Of a DNA stretch of 50,649 bases, positions 1 to 11,574 are shown piece by piece; position 1 is the stretch's first letter, and every line of letters begins with the position of its first letter. Origin of the DNA: Alphaproteobacteria bacterium (GTDB lineage: Bacteria; Pseudomonadota; Alphaproteobacteria; Micropepsales; Micropepsaceae). The notes beneath the pieces were generated by a model. That model was given only the letters and a program-made list of their open reading frames with translations. It did not search any database and was not told the DNA's origin. The stretch is from positions 1 through 50,649 of the forward strand of contig JAPUEF010000225.1 in NCBI GenBank assembly GCA_027492655.1. The letters are read 5' to 3'. Both the position numbers and the translations under genes were made by a program.

Positions 1-348
1 GCCCTCCTTCATCGCCTTTTCGGGCGGCGTATGCAGCCACTCGCCATTGAGGAAAGCCTGGTATTTGGGATCGTTCGCGCGCCTCTGGATTTCCGCCGCC
101 TCGGCCCGCACGCCTTCCGCAGCCCAGTCGTGCCACTCCTCCTCGCTGTAGGAGGGGGGCTCCTCATAGGCGTAGTCTTCTTCTTCCTCGCCCCAGGCTT
201 GCTGGGCGGCGACCATATCGTTGATCTGCTTCTGCTGCTCTTCCATCATCCGCTGCTGAATCTCGTCGGCGATGGGGTCTTCATAGGCGGCGGCCGAGAG
301 GGCCAACGCGGATGCGGCGGCGAAAAGCGCAAAGCTACGGCGAAACAT
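1..348 (-). CDS. Exported hypothetical protein, 5' part only (runs off the window start)
   Basis: Not in the ORF track. Manual translation from ATG 348: MFRRSFALFAAASALALSAAAYEDPIADEIQQRMMEEQQKQ... with a signal-peptide-like N-terminus, GGGGA upstream, and no stop through position 1. Confidence 0.75.
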   Translation of the reverse strand, partial: MFRRSFALFAAASALALSAAAYEDPIADEIQQRMMEEQQKQINDMVAAQQAWGEEEEDYAYEEPPSYSEEEWHDWAAEGVRAEAAEIQRRANDPKYQAFLNGEWLHTPPEKAMKEG

Positions 349-530
349 GAAGTCCCCAATCTGCTGTGTGATCAGCGGCGGCGCAGTCTAGCCAGAATTC
401 GGGCGGGATCAGGGCGTTCGCCTTTCCCCATACGGCAGTTTCCGCCGTTTGACCCCTGCGGGTACGCGGGATTAAGTCAGCCCGGATCGCAATTCTGAGG
501 CGGCGGATGACCCGCCGGGAGCCTGACGCC

Positions 531-2672
<2,142 letters not shown>

Positions 2673-2687
2673 TCGGACGGCGGGCTT

Positions 2688-4668
2688 TCAGCGGCCGATA
2701 CTGGCCGCCAGGAAGCGCTCGGTCTCCAGAAGGATCCGCAGCCGGCTCGACCGTCGCTCCAGCGCATGATCATCGTCCGGCAGGCGGATGAACGTGACCG
2801 TCTTCCCTTCGTCCTTCAGAGCTTCCTCCATCCGTTCGCTCTGATCGATCGGCACGGTGGTGTCGAGTTCGGGGTGAAGCAGCAGGATGGGTATCCGCAC
2901 CTGCGCGGCCAGCCGGGCCGGCGAGGTCGCGCGCAGCTGTTCTGAATCGTCCGACGGACTTCCGATGCGGGATATCCAGAACGACATCTGCTTGGAGCGC
3001 TTTCCGAAGCGCTTGCGCTCATAGGAGATGATCCGGGGCAGATCGGAGACGCCGGCGACGCTGACGGCGCAGGCATAGAGATCCGGCGTCAGCGTCGCGC
3101 CCGCCAGCGCCGTCTTCGTGAGCGGCGTTCCCCGCGGCCCCCCCCCGCGCGGCATCGCGGCCTTAGGAGGCGCCGACGATGCAGATGCGCCTGGGGTCCG
3201 CGATGCCGTCGGCGATCAGCCTGGCGACGCCGTCGCTGATGTCGTCCTGCATCTTCAGGCCCCACTGCCTGAGCCCCGCCTCCGTGAAGGCGCGGCCATA
3301 TCCGGACGATCCCCGATAGTTCGGCTGGAACACCGCATAGCCGCGGCTCGCGAGAAACTGCGCCCACCAGTCGAAGCTGATGAAGTCGCGCGAGTCGGGG
3401 CCGCCATGCGGCATAACGACGACCGGCAGATGCTGCGGCGATGCGGTGCGCGGCAGCGTCAGATAAGCCGGGATCGTCAGGCCATCGCGAGCCTTGTAAC
3501 TCCACGCCTTCATCGGACTGAGGCCGGCAGGATCGAGGCCGACATAGGCGTCGCCGATATGATCGGCGGCGCCGCGCGTGCGATCGACGATGTAGTATGC
3601 GGGCGGCTTGTCTCCGTCTTCGACGAAGACGACGACCTTCGTCTGATCTCTCGACCATGACTTGGCGAGCACCGTCATGCCCGGAAACGCCTTCTGCAGT
3701 CCTTTCTGCAGGCGCTGGCGCGCAGGGTCGAAATAGACCCCGACAGGGCGATCGGCGATCGTGACGGCCCCGATCACGCGGTCCGTCCATTCGTCGTAGA
3801 GTACGTGGTCGATGTCGTAGGCGGCGTCCCGATGGAGGACCACCGGCGCGCCGCCGGTCGTCGTCGGCCGTTTCGTCAGCGCCCGCCGTCCGTCGATCAG
3901 CTGCCCCTGCACGAACCCGTCGCCGTCTTCGCTGAGGCCGAAAATGCCGGAGCCCTGGTCACCTGTCGCCGGATAGGCGGCGACTTCGCGCCAGTCGTCA
4001 CCTTCGCGAATATAAACATGGTGGGTCAGCGGCTGTTTGGATTCATCGATCCGCGCGATGACTTCGCCCTTGCCGTCGGTGATCCACCGGAAGGTCAAAG
4101 GCGTTCCGCGGGCTACGCGCGTCGTCTCTCCCGTCCGGACGTTCACGCGGTAGATTTCGCTGACGAAATCGTTGGTTCGGTCGCGATGCGCGTAGAGCGG
4201 CATGTAGATGTTGTCGGGATCGTCCGGCGCAACGTCTTCGACCCGAAGCGCGACATTGTAGCCGAGCGAGGCATGGTCTTCGAACAGGGCGATCAGATCC
4301 TCGCCGCGCGGCGAGATGACGATGGCGCGCCCCCATGTGCGCAGCATGTCGTCGGCATAGGCTTCCTGGCCGCTCTTCAGGAAGACGATCAGCCGGTCAT
4401 TCTTCGCCCATTTGATGCCGTCTACCAGCCAGTCGCTGGACGGGAAGACGACGGGCGGCGCGGTGGGTGCCGAGCGATCGTAAATGGCGACGGCGGGCTT
4501 GTCGTTATAGGGTTGTATCGACGCGACATAGCGGCCGTCGGGCGAGAGACGGGGCGATGCGATATTGGGAGGGAGCGCGAAAAGTTCAGCCGATTGCGCG
4601 AACGCCGACCCATAGGCCGCGATGAGAACAACCGCCAGCGACAGGCAGGCGCGTAGAAAACGAAACAT
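2688..4668 (-). pseudogene. S9 (prolyl oligopeptidase/dipeptidyl aminopeptidase) family exported peptidase, interrupted at the catalytic Ser (possible assembly error)
   Basis: 3163..4668 has a signal peptide, a propeller region, PHGGP and NYRGSSGYG, and ends ICIVGAS-stop. The C-terminal part (ALAGATLTPDLY...ELDTTVP...DDHAL) continues in another frame to 2688. Confidence 0.8.
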
Positions 4669-4683
4669 CCATTCCCCCCAAAG

Positions 4684-4712
4684 GCACGGCAGGCTCTTTC
4701 GGCCTGCCGTGC
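4684..4712. repeat. 11-bp perfect inverted repeat (hairpin), possible terminator or stabiliser
   Basis: GCACGGCAGGC-tctttcg-GCCTGCCGTGC between the 4756 gene stop and the S9 start. Confidence 0.6.
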
Positions 4713-4755
4713 GGGATGAGAATAGCGTCGTTGCCGCGTGCGGGAAGCGGCTGCG

Positions 4756-5142
4756 TTACTCGGCCGCAGCCGCTTTCTTTTCAAGCTGCTGGAATTTGTC
4801 GAACGAGCAGGTGCCGGAGAAGCCGCCTGCGCCGGGATCGGTCAGCTTGACGAGCGTGGTGTCGCAAAGATCGCCGGTCGGCGCTTCATAGACGAAAGCA
4901 TAGGTCTTGCGCAGCTTGCTGCAGCTGCGCGGCTCCTGCAGCCAGGCTTCGCCCGAGTTCATCTTCACGAGGATCTGGGTCTCGTTCAGAATCTGCAGGC
5001 TGTCGATGCGGTTCAGCTTCAGGCAGCTTTCGGTCTTGCCGGTGCGGACATAACCGTCCGGCGCAGGTGTCGCATCCGCCGCGAGGACGACGCCGACGAG
5101 CGTGGTGGCGGCGATGAGGGCTGAAGGGGTGCGGTATGCCAT
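4756..5142 (-). CDS. Small exported Cys-containing protein (DUF6491-like)
   Basis: Signal peptide and four Cys in the pattern CL..RI...C..L...F.Y...LC...C. Confidence 0.65.
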   Translation of the reverse strand: MAYRTPSALIAATTLVGVVLAADATPAPDGYVRTGKTESCLKLNRIDSLQILNETQILVKMNSGEAWLQEPRSCSKLRKTYAFVYEAPTGDLCDTTLVKLTDPGAGGFSGTCSFDKFQQLEKKAAAAE

Positions 5143-5262
5143 ACCGTGTTCCTGTTCTTTGGTGATGGTTTCAAAGTCCCCGCTGTCTTCAATCTATCAC
5201 GGTTCCGGGCGACACCGCAGAGGCAAAGCGGAACATGAACGCGAAGTCATGCGGCGTGCCCG

Positions 5263-6267
5263 TCAGGGCATCGGGCTGAGCAAAGGATACAACGCGATCA
5301 GCCGGTCGCGGCCGAACGAGCGTTCAAACGCCATCATCGCGTAGTTTTCGGCGTTGTGCATGCGCTTGTCGTGGTTGAGCGTCAGCACGGTGCCGAAGAA
5401 AGCGTAGCCGTGATCGACGATCTCGAGCGCCGGGTCTTCCTCGTCCACGAAATGTCCCAGCTCGTGCAGGGCGAGATAGAGGAAGCGGTCGCGCGGATGG
5501 CCGTCGATCGCGTCGGTCAGATAGATGCGCGAGGTTTTCAGGACATCGTCGTCCTCTTTCGGCACGTAGCCCTTCGCCTGGGGCGGTGAACTGCCCGGCG
5601 CGGGATCGATGTCGAACATATTGGCGCCGAAGATCTGCGTGCCGGTGACGCCGGTGCGGCCGCGCAACACGGTCTTCATGCGGTTGTAGGTGGTTTTGAG
5701 GATGCCGAGATCGGCCAGCGTGTGCTCGCGGCTGAGGCCGTCGAACCTGAAATGCTTCGAGACGAACCTGAAGGGTTCTTCCGAAGTTGTCATCGATGGG
5801 CCGAGCATAGCGAAGCTGATGGCGGATTCGACCAGGCCGATGGCGCGCTGAACGGCCGATTGCGCGTCGGGAATGATCGAGACGGCGGTGGCGAGGCGCG
5901 CGGCCTCGCGCGTCTTGCGGTCGGGATCGGCCTGCCTGTTCGCGCGTTCCGAGTTCAGCGCCTGCATGGTGGGGCCGTCGGGGTCGGCGCGGGAATCGAC
6001 CACGGGAAGCTGCTGCTTCGTCTGGAAATTGCGGATCGCGGCGGTGGTTTTGGGGCCGCAGAGGCCGTCCACTGTCAGCAACGGCACCGGGCCGCCGCGG
6101 GGCGGGGTTACGTCGTTGAGCAGTTGCTGGACCGTGACGACGTCATTGTGCCGATTGGCGCCTCCGGCCCCGACAGAAGCGGTGATCGCCGCGACGCCAG
6201 CGCCGCTCGCGTCGATGATGAAGTCGGCTTTGAGGCACCGGGATTCGCAGTCGCATTTGACGCGCAC
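5263..6267 (-). CDS. Peptidoglycan-binding domain fused to an HExxH zinc metallopeptidase (M35/aspzincin-like)
   Basis: GTG start at 6267 with AGGAGG 7 nt upstream. N-terminal SVGAGGANRHNDVVTVQQLLN...VDGLCGPKTTAAIRNFQ (PG-binding-like); C-terminal HELGH...DHGY...NAENYA. Confidence 0.75.
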   Translation of the reverse strand: MRVKCDCESRCLKADFIIDASGAGVAAITASVGAGGANRHNDVVTVQQLLNDVTPPRGGPVPLLTVDGLCGPKTTAAIRNFQTKQQLPVVDSRADPDGPTMQALNSERANRQADPDRKTREAARLATAVSIIPDAQSAVQRAIGLVESAISFAMLGPSMTTSEEPFRFVSKHFRFDGLSREHTLADLGILKTTYNRMKTVLRGRTGVTGTQIFGANMFDIDPAPGSSPPQAKGYVPKEDDDVLKTSRIYLTDAIDGHPRDRFLYLALHELGHFVDEEDPALEIVDHGYAFFGTVLTLNHDKRMHNAENYAMMAFERSFGRDRLIALYPLLSPMP

Positions 6268-6405
6268 GAGAAAACCTCCTGCCAGCCCCCGCCCCGAGGA
6301 TCGCCCGCCCCGATGGTGCGTGGCGAGGCCGCATGATGTCGCGGGCTTGACTGACGACAGGGCAGGCATGGTCTCTGACGATGTCGAAAACGTGAGGAAA
6401 CCGCC

Positions 6406-7380
6406 ATGCGCGCCGTGCTCGTCGAAGCCTTTGGTCCCGTGGGCGCTCTGAGCGTGAAAGAGGTGCCGATGCCCGTGCCGGGCAAGGGCGAGGTGCGTAT
6501 CGCTGTGAAAGCGGCCGGCGTCGGCTTCGTCGATGCGCTGATCGCGGAAGGGCGCTATCAGGTGAAGCCGCCGCTGCCGTTCGCGCCGGGCGGCGAATAT
6601 GCCGGCGTCGTGGATGCGGTGGGCGAGGGCGTCACCCATCTGAAAGCGGGAGACCGGGTGATTGCGGGCGGGTTTTCGGGTGGGTTCGCCGAATATGCCG
6701 TGACCAACGCAGCCGGCGTCATGCCGATCCCCGATGCGATGAGTTTCCGGCAGGCGGCGATGTTCCGCACCAATTTCACCACCGCGCTGCATGCGCTGCA
6801 GGATCGCGGAGCGATCAAGCCGGGCGAAACGCTGCTGGTTCTGGGCGCGGGCGGCGGCACCGGCACGGCGGCGATCGCGGTGGCGAAGCTGCTGGGCGCG
6901 CGCGTGATCGGCGGTGCGTCGAGCGTGGCGAAGCGCGATGCCGCGAAAGCGGCGGGCGCGGACGCGGTGATCGATACCTCAGCCGCCGACTGGCGCGAGG
7001 CGTTGAAGGCGCTGGCTCCGAAGGGCGTCGATGTGGTGTTCGATCCGGTCGGCGGAGCCGTGACGGAACCGGCGTTCCGCTCGCTGGCCTGGAAGGGCCG
7101 CCATCTGGTGATCGGCTTCGCGGCGGGAGCCATCCCGGCGCTGCCGATCAATCTGGCGCTGCTGAAGGGCGCGAGCCTGGTCGGCGTCGATATCGCCCGT
7201 TTCAGCTTCATGCATGAGCCGGCGCAGGCCCAGTCCAATATGCGCCAGCTTCTGGCCTGGTTCTCGGAAGGCCGCCTGACGCTGGAGCCCGGCCAGGTGG
7301 CGCCGCTGGATCAGGCCGCTTCGGCGTTGAACGCGGTGCTGTCACGCGAAGCGGTCGGCAAGATCGTGGTGGAGATCTAA
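6406..7380 (+). CDS. NADPH:quinone oxidoreductase (zeta-crystallin/MDR family)
   Basis: GRYQVKPPLPFAPGGE, LGAGGGTG and VFDPVGG motifs; GAGGA RBS. Confidence 0.92.
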   Translation: MRAVLVEAFGPVGALSVKEVPMPVPGKGEVRIAVKAAGVGFVDALIAEGRYQVKPPLPFAPGGEYAGVVDAVGEGVTHLKAGDRVIAGGFSGGFAEYAVTNAAGVMPIPDAMSFRQAAMFRTNFTTALHALQDRGAIKPGETLLVLGAGGGTGTAAIAVAKLLGARVIGGASSVAKRDAAKAAGADAVIDTSAADWREALKALAPKGVDVVFDPVGGAVTEPAFRSLAWKGRHLVIGFAAGAIPALPINLALLKGASLVGVDIARFSFMHEPAQAQSNMRQLLAWFSEGRLTLEPGQVAPLDQAASALNAVLSREAVGKIVVEI

Positions 7381-8234
7381 CCGCCGTCGGCGAAGAACTG
7401 GCTCCAGTCCTTGCCGTTGATCTTGACCGAACCGGGAATGGCGACGGCGTCGCCGATCTCGGCGTCGCCCCACAGCCGCACCGGCAGGTAGAAGGCGGGG
7501 CCGCCATTGGGGCCTTTGCCGATGGGCGCGAAATAGCCCTCGACCTTCGAATCCGATTTGCGCGCCATGTATTTGTCGCCCCAGCCGGCGATACGGCGAT
7601 AGGAGGCGACGCAGTGAAGCGCCGGGCCGTTATAGCCGCCGGTGCCGCGCTTCACGTCCTGAAGTCCGTCCGACCACATGTCGAAGGCGTAGAGGCGCTT
7701 GCCATCGTAGATTTCGATCGAGTCGCCGCAGGCCTTGTCGCCGACGCCAGCGCCGGGGATCAGCATCATCGAGACGAAGCCTCTGACGGGATCGACCGCG
7801 CCGGCGATCTGGGCTTCGGACGGAGGATTTTCGATCTTGGTGTAAACGGGTTCGGCCTTCACGCCCGGCGGCGTGCCGTCGGCGTTGAAGGTCAGCGTCA
7901 CGGTCTGCGTGCGCTTGCTGGAGACCTGCTGAATCCAGGAATAACCGGGCTGCACGAGGCCGAGATGGCCGGTGCCGGACGCCACCGCGCTGACCGTGTT
8001 CGAGGTGAAGGTGGAGGCGAGACCTTTCGGCTCGACGAAGGCTTTCGCTTCGTACTTGCCGTCTTTCAATGTCAGCTCAAGCTGCATCTGCCCGATGGAG
8101 AGCCCGAGCAGCGAGACGTTATAAGTCGCCTGCACGACATAATCGGGCGTCGCGGCGGGGGCAGGCGGCGGTGTCTGCGCGGCGCCGACGCCGGCGGCGA
8201 GGATCGCAGCGGCGGCGAATGCAGTGCGTTTCAT
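7377..8234 (-). CDS. DUF3108 family exported protein
   Basis: Start MKRTAF after AAGGAG; signal peptide; AVDP, C...IYDGKRLY and LPVR motifs; usual position next to meaB/rpmB. Confidence 0.8.
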   Translation of the reverse strand: MKRTAFAAAAILAAGVGAAQTPPPAPAATPDYVVQATYNVSLLGLSIGQMQLELTLKDGKYEAKAFVEPKGLASTFTSNTVSAVASGTGHLGLVQPGYSWIQQVSSKRTQTVTLTFNADGTPPGVKAEPVYTKIENPPSEAQIAGAVDPVRGFVSMMLIPGAGVGDKACGDSIEIYDGKRLYAFDMWSDGLQDVKRGTGGYNGPALHCVASYRRIAGWGDKYMARKSDSKVEGYFAPIGKGPNGGPAFYLPVRLWGDAEIGDAVAIPGSVKINGKDWSQFFADGG

Positions 8235-8359
8235 GGGCGGTCTCCTTGCGGTGGGGCCGGTCTCAAGGACGCGATAAGCGGTTAACCGTCTGAATAGGGG
8301 GTGAATGTGGCGAAGGGATGCTTGCGGGAAAACTGAAATCCTCGTCATTAGGGCGTGAG

Positions 8360-9334
8360 ATGACGAACGCCGAAGCCCTCAGCCAACGCCTGATCGCCGG
8401 AGACCGCCGCGCCCTCGCGAAGGCGATCACGCTGATCGAGTCGACGCGGGCGACGGACCGGGCGGTGGCCGACAGACTGCTGGCCGCGATCCTGCCGGCG
8501 AGCGGCCGGGCGGTCCGCGTGGGCCTTTCGGGCACGCCGGGGGCCGGCAAATCGACCTTCATCGAGGCCTTCGGCACCTATCTGACGGCGGCCGGGCATA
8601 AGGTGGCCGTGCTGGCGGTGGACCCTTCGTCGCGGCGCTCGGGCGGTTCGATCCTGGGCGACAAGACGCGCATGGAGCATCTGTCGCGCGACCCGAACGC
8701 CTTTATCCGACCCTCGCCCGCCGGGACCGAGCTCGGCGGCGTCGCGCGGCGGACACGCGAAGCGATCCTCGCCGTCGAAGCCGCCGGGTTCGATGTCGTG
8801 CTGGTGGAGACCGTCGGCGTCGGCCAGTCGGAAACCGCCGTGGCCGACATGACCGATCTGTTCGTGCTGATCCATGCGCCGGGCGGCGGCGACGAGCTTC
8901 AGGGCGTGAAGCGCGGCATCATGGAACTGGCCGACATGGTGGTGGTGAACAAGGCGGACGGCGATCTGCTGCCCGCTGCCCGGCGTTCCGCCGCCGATCT
9001 GAAGGGCGCGCTGCATCTGATGCGGCCCAAGCATAAGGGCTGGACCGTGCCGGTGCTGCTGGCCTCGGCCCTGGAAAGCAAGGGAATCGCCGAAGTCTGG
9101 CAGGCGATAGAGGCTTTTCGCGCGCTTCTTGGGGATAACGGCATCGTCGCCCTGCGGCAGGCGCAGGCGCTGGCCTGGATGCAGGCGGCGCTGCGCGACG
9201 GCTTGCTGGCGGCCTTCGCGGCGGACGCGGAAATCGTTAAGGAAACTCAACGGCTTGAGGCCGAGGTTGCGGCGGGACGAATGGCTCCCCCCGTGGCGGC
9301 GGAGCGTCTGCTCGCCGGATTCCTGAAAACTTGA
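8360..9334 (+). CDS. meaB: Methylmalonyl-CoA mutase-associated GTPase MeaB
   Basis: [37 protein letters not shown] and NKAD motifs. Confidence 0.96.
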   Translation: MTNAEALSQRLIAGDRRALAKAITLIESTRATDRAVADRLLAAILPASGRAVRVGLSGTPGAGKSTFIEAFGTYLTAAGHKVAVLAVDPSSRRSGGSILGDKTRMEHLSRDPNAFIRPSPAGTELGGVARRTREAILAVEAAGFDVVLVETVGVGQSETAVADMTDLFVLIHAPGGGDELQGVKRGIMELADMVVVNKADGDLLPAARRSAADLKGALHLMRPKHKGWTVPVLLASALESKGIAEVWQAIEAFRALLGDNGIVALRQAQALAWMQAALRDGLLAAFAADAEIVKETQRLEAEVAAGRMAPPVAAERLLAGFLKT

Positions 9335-9359
9335 CAGGGCGGGCCGTTTTCCCTACACC
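9331..9359 (+). promoter_or_regulatory. Sigma70-type promoter of rpmB
   Basis: TTGACA-N17-TACACC, 80 nt upstream of rpmB. Confidence 0.65.
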
Positions 9360-9438
9360 CCGCGCCTCTTGAGGCGGGGCCGCGCGGAAAGCGCTGCAGC
9401 CCGGCTTCTATACGGAATTACGTTTCGAGGATCATGCC

Positions 9439-9741
9439 ATGGCGCGCCGCTGCGAACTGACGGGCAAGGACGTCCAGGTTGGCCACAATGTCAGCCACGC
9501 GAACAACAAGACGAAGCGCCGCTTCCTGCCGAACCTGTTCGAGGTGTCGGTGCCGTCGGAAACGCTCGGCAAGTCGTTCAACCTGAAGATCGCCGCCAAT
9601 GCTCTGCGCACGCTGGATCATGTCGGCGGGCTCGACGCCTTCCTGACGAAGGCCCGCGACGCCGCCCTGTCGCCCGCCGCCCGCCGCATCAAGCGCGAAC
9701 TGGCGAAGGCGAAGAAGGCTGCGGAAGCCAAGGCCGCCTGA
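9439..9741 (+). CDS. rpmB: 50S ribosomal protein L28
   Basis: [30 protein letters not shown]. Confidence 0.98.
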   Translation: MARRCELTGKDVQVGHNVSHANNKTKRRFLPNLFEVSVPSETLGKSFNLKIAANALRTLDHVGGLDAFLTKARDAALSPAARRIKRELAKAKKAAEAKAA

Positions 9742-9763
9742 AACGCTGCGACCCCGGATTTTC

Positions 9764-9798
9764 AAAGGCCCTGCCTGATGGCGGGGCCTTTTCTTTTC
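9764..9798 (+). terminator. Rho-independent terminator after rpmB
   Basis: AAAGGCCCTGCC-tgat-GGCGGGGCCTTTT followed by CTTTTC. Confidence 0.85.
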
Positions 9799-9808
9799 AG
9801 GCCCCTGC

Positions 9809-10504
9809 ATGTGCTTTTCCGCCACCGCCAGTCTGATCGCCGGGGCCGGGCTGTCGGCGGCGGGCGTCACCGCATTGGCGGTGACGCGGGAGCGGCGGGC
9901 GATGCCGTTCGCGGCGATCCCGCTATTGTTCGGGGTGCAGCAGGCGGCGGAGGGCGCGATATGGCTGGCGGCCTCTGGCGGCGATACCGCTCTGCAAGGC
10001 TGCGCCAGCGCCGCATTCCTCGGATTTGCGGAGGTGCTCTGGCCGATCTATGCGCCGCTGGCCGTGCTGGCGCTGGAGCCGGCGGGCTGGCGGCGGCGGG
10101 CGATGTGGGCGTGCTTCGCCTGCGGGCTGTTGGTCGCGGCGGCGATGCTGCATGGGCTGGTGCGGGATTTCACGCCGGGCGCGCCGGAGGGCGGGCATAT
10201 CCGTTACGTGCTCGCCTATTGGGACGATTTCCGGAATGCCGGACTGCTGGAGGCGTTACTGGCGCTGTATGTCGCGGCGACCTGCTTCAGCCTGATGCTG
10301 AGCCGCCACGGGGCGATCCGGTTGTTCGGCGTCGTCGTGACGGCGGCGCTGGCGGTGACGGCGTTCGCCTATGAAACCTGGCTGTTCTCGGTGTGGTGTT
10401 TCTTCGCGGCGGTGCTGAGCGTGATCGTTGTGGTGTGGGCTGTGCGCCGGCGCGAGCGCGTCCCCGCCCGTCCCGTCGCTTTGCGCCGGTCCACCCTCCC
10501 CTGA
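9809..10504 (+). CDS. DUF6629-like integral membrane protein
   Basis: MCFSATAS N-terminus, PLLFGVQQ..EG and FSVWCFFAA motifs; multiple TM helices. Confidence 0.8.
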   Translation: MCFSATASLIAGAGLSAAGVTALAVTRERRAMPFAAIPLLFGVQQAAEGAIWLAASGGDTALQGCASAAFLGFAEVLWPIYAPLAVLALEPAGWRRRAMWACFACGLLVAAAMLHGLVRDFTPGAPEGGHIRYVLAYWDDFRNAGLLEALLALYVAATCFSLMLSRHGAIRLFGVVVTAALAVTAFAYETWLFSVWCFFAAVLSVIVVVWAVRRRERVPARPVALRRSTLP

Positions 10505-10513
10505 CGGGGAGGG
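10462..10513. repeat. Short palindromic repeat element (alphaproteobacterial RIME/CIR-like)
   Basis: CCCC...CACCCTCCCC-tgac-GGGGAGGG; resembles 13950..13997. Confidence 0.55.
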
Positions 10514-10521
10514 ATGAGGCG

Positions 10522-11559
10522 TCACTCCGCCAGTTCGAACATCATCAGCAGCGTGCGTTGAAGCGGGCGCTGGAAGTTGTCGTCGGAGAGAATGTAGATC
10601 AGCGTCTTGCCGTCGGCGGTCTGACGCGACGAGAGGCCTTCCATGTTGTCCACGGTGACGCCCGCGAACAGCACGGCGACGAGGTCGCCCTCCACGACCG
10701 CGCCTTCGGTAAAGGTCGCAGGATCATAGACGCGAAGCTCGGCGCCGGGGCCGGTGGTGGGCGCGAAACGGCGCTCCAGCACCAGCAGGCGGCCATCGGG
10801 CAGCAGGGTCGCATCGGTCAACGAATAGGGCAGCACGCGCTTGATCGTGAAGCTGACGGCGTCCCCGGTATCCGGGTTCACGACCCAGGCCGGGCTGTCG
10901 TCGTCGTCGCCCTTCGGGCCTTCCTCGGCGATGGCGACGAGGCGGCCATCGGGCAGGGTGGCCAGAACTTCGAGGCCCGAATTGTTGCGGAGCGATTTGA
11001 CCGCCTCGGGCAGCGGCACCAGCTGGCCCTTCGCCTTCACGCCATCGACCGTGAAGTCGTAACGCAGGACGCGGTGGTCGCGCTCGAACCCGACAAAGGC
11101 CGGGCCGACCAGGCCGAACGGGTTGAGGAAAGCGAGGCTTTCCGCGTCACCTTCATCCTTGCCGTGCAGCGACTGCCCATCGGCGCCCAGAAGCGGCGAT
11201 ACCGCGATGTCGGCGACGCCGGTGAGATCGCCATGCGCATCGTACTGGATCGTTCCCGTCGTCCAGTTGCCGACATCGGAGATCGCCACGAAGCGCGAGC
11301 CCTCGGCGCTGACCCGCAAACCGGACAGGCCGCCGAAACGATCGTCCTGCGGCACGATGGAGACGCCGCCGCGATAGATGAGCTTGCCGATCCGCTTGTC
11401 GGTAGGATCGGCGGAGCGCAGTTCGACCGGCACGTTCTCGACCGCGATCGTCACGCCTTCCATCGGAACCGGCGCGACCTCGACATCGGCGAGCGCGTGA
11501 AACGCTGCGACGGTGCTGCCGAACATGGCGATGCTGAAGAGGAAGGCGCGGGTCTTCAT
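10522..11559 (-). CDS. Esterase-like activity of phytase family exported protein
   Basis: Signal peptide; FGGLSGL, DAESL, NSGLE, DNMEGL and LSDDNF motifs. Confidence 0.9.
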   Translation of the reverse strand: MKTRAFLFSIAMFGSTVAAFHALADVEVAPVPMEGVTIAVENVPVELRSADPTDKRIGKLIYRGGVSIVPQDDRFGGLSGLRVSAEGSRFVAISDVGNWTTGTIQYDAHGDLTGVADIAVSPLLGADGQSLHGKDEGDAESLAFLNPFGLVGPAFVGFERDHRVLRYDFTVDGVKAKGQLVPLPEAVKSLRNNSGLEVLATLPDGRLVAIAEEGPKGDDDDSPAWVVNPDTGDAVSFTIKRVLPYSLTDATLLPDGRLLVLERRFAPTTGPGAELRVYDPATFTEGAVVEGDLVAVLFAGVTVDNMEGLSSRQTADGKTLIYILSDDNFQRPLQRTLLMMFELAE

Positions 11560-11574
11560 GGGAGATGTCCGGGC

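Noticed and set aside
349-530. Cobalamin riboswitch upstream of scpA
   Set aside because: No B12-box or conserved core motifs are recognisable.
3108-3165. Programmed readthrough/frameshift or DGR-type variable region in the S9 gene
   Set aside because: It needs both stop suppression and a frameshift, the substitutions are not adenine-specific, and no reverse transcriptase is present.
5263-6792. 509-aa version of the PG-binding peptidase
   Set aside because: The extension overlaps the oxidoreductase gene on the opposite strand; a strong RBS supports GTG 6267.
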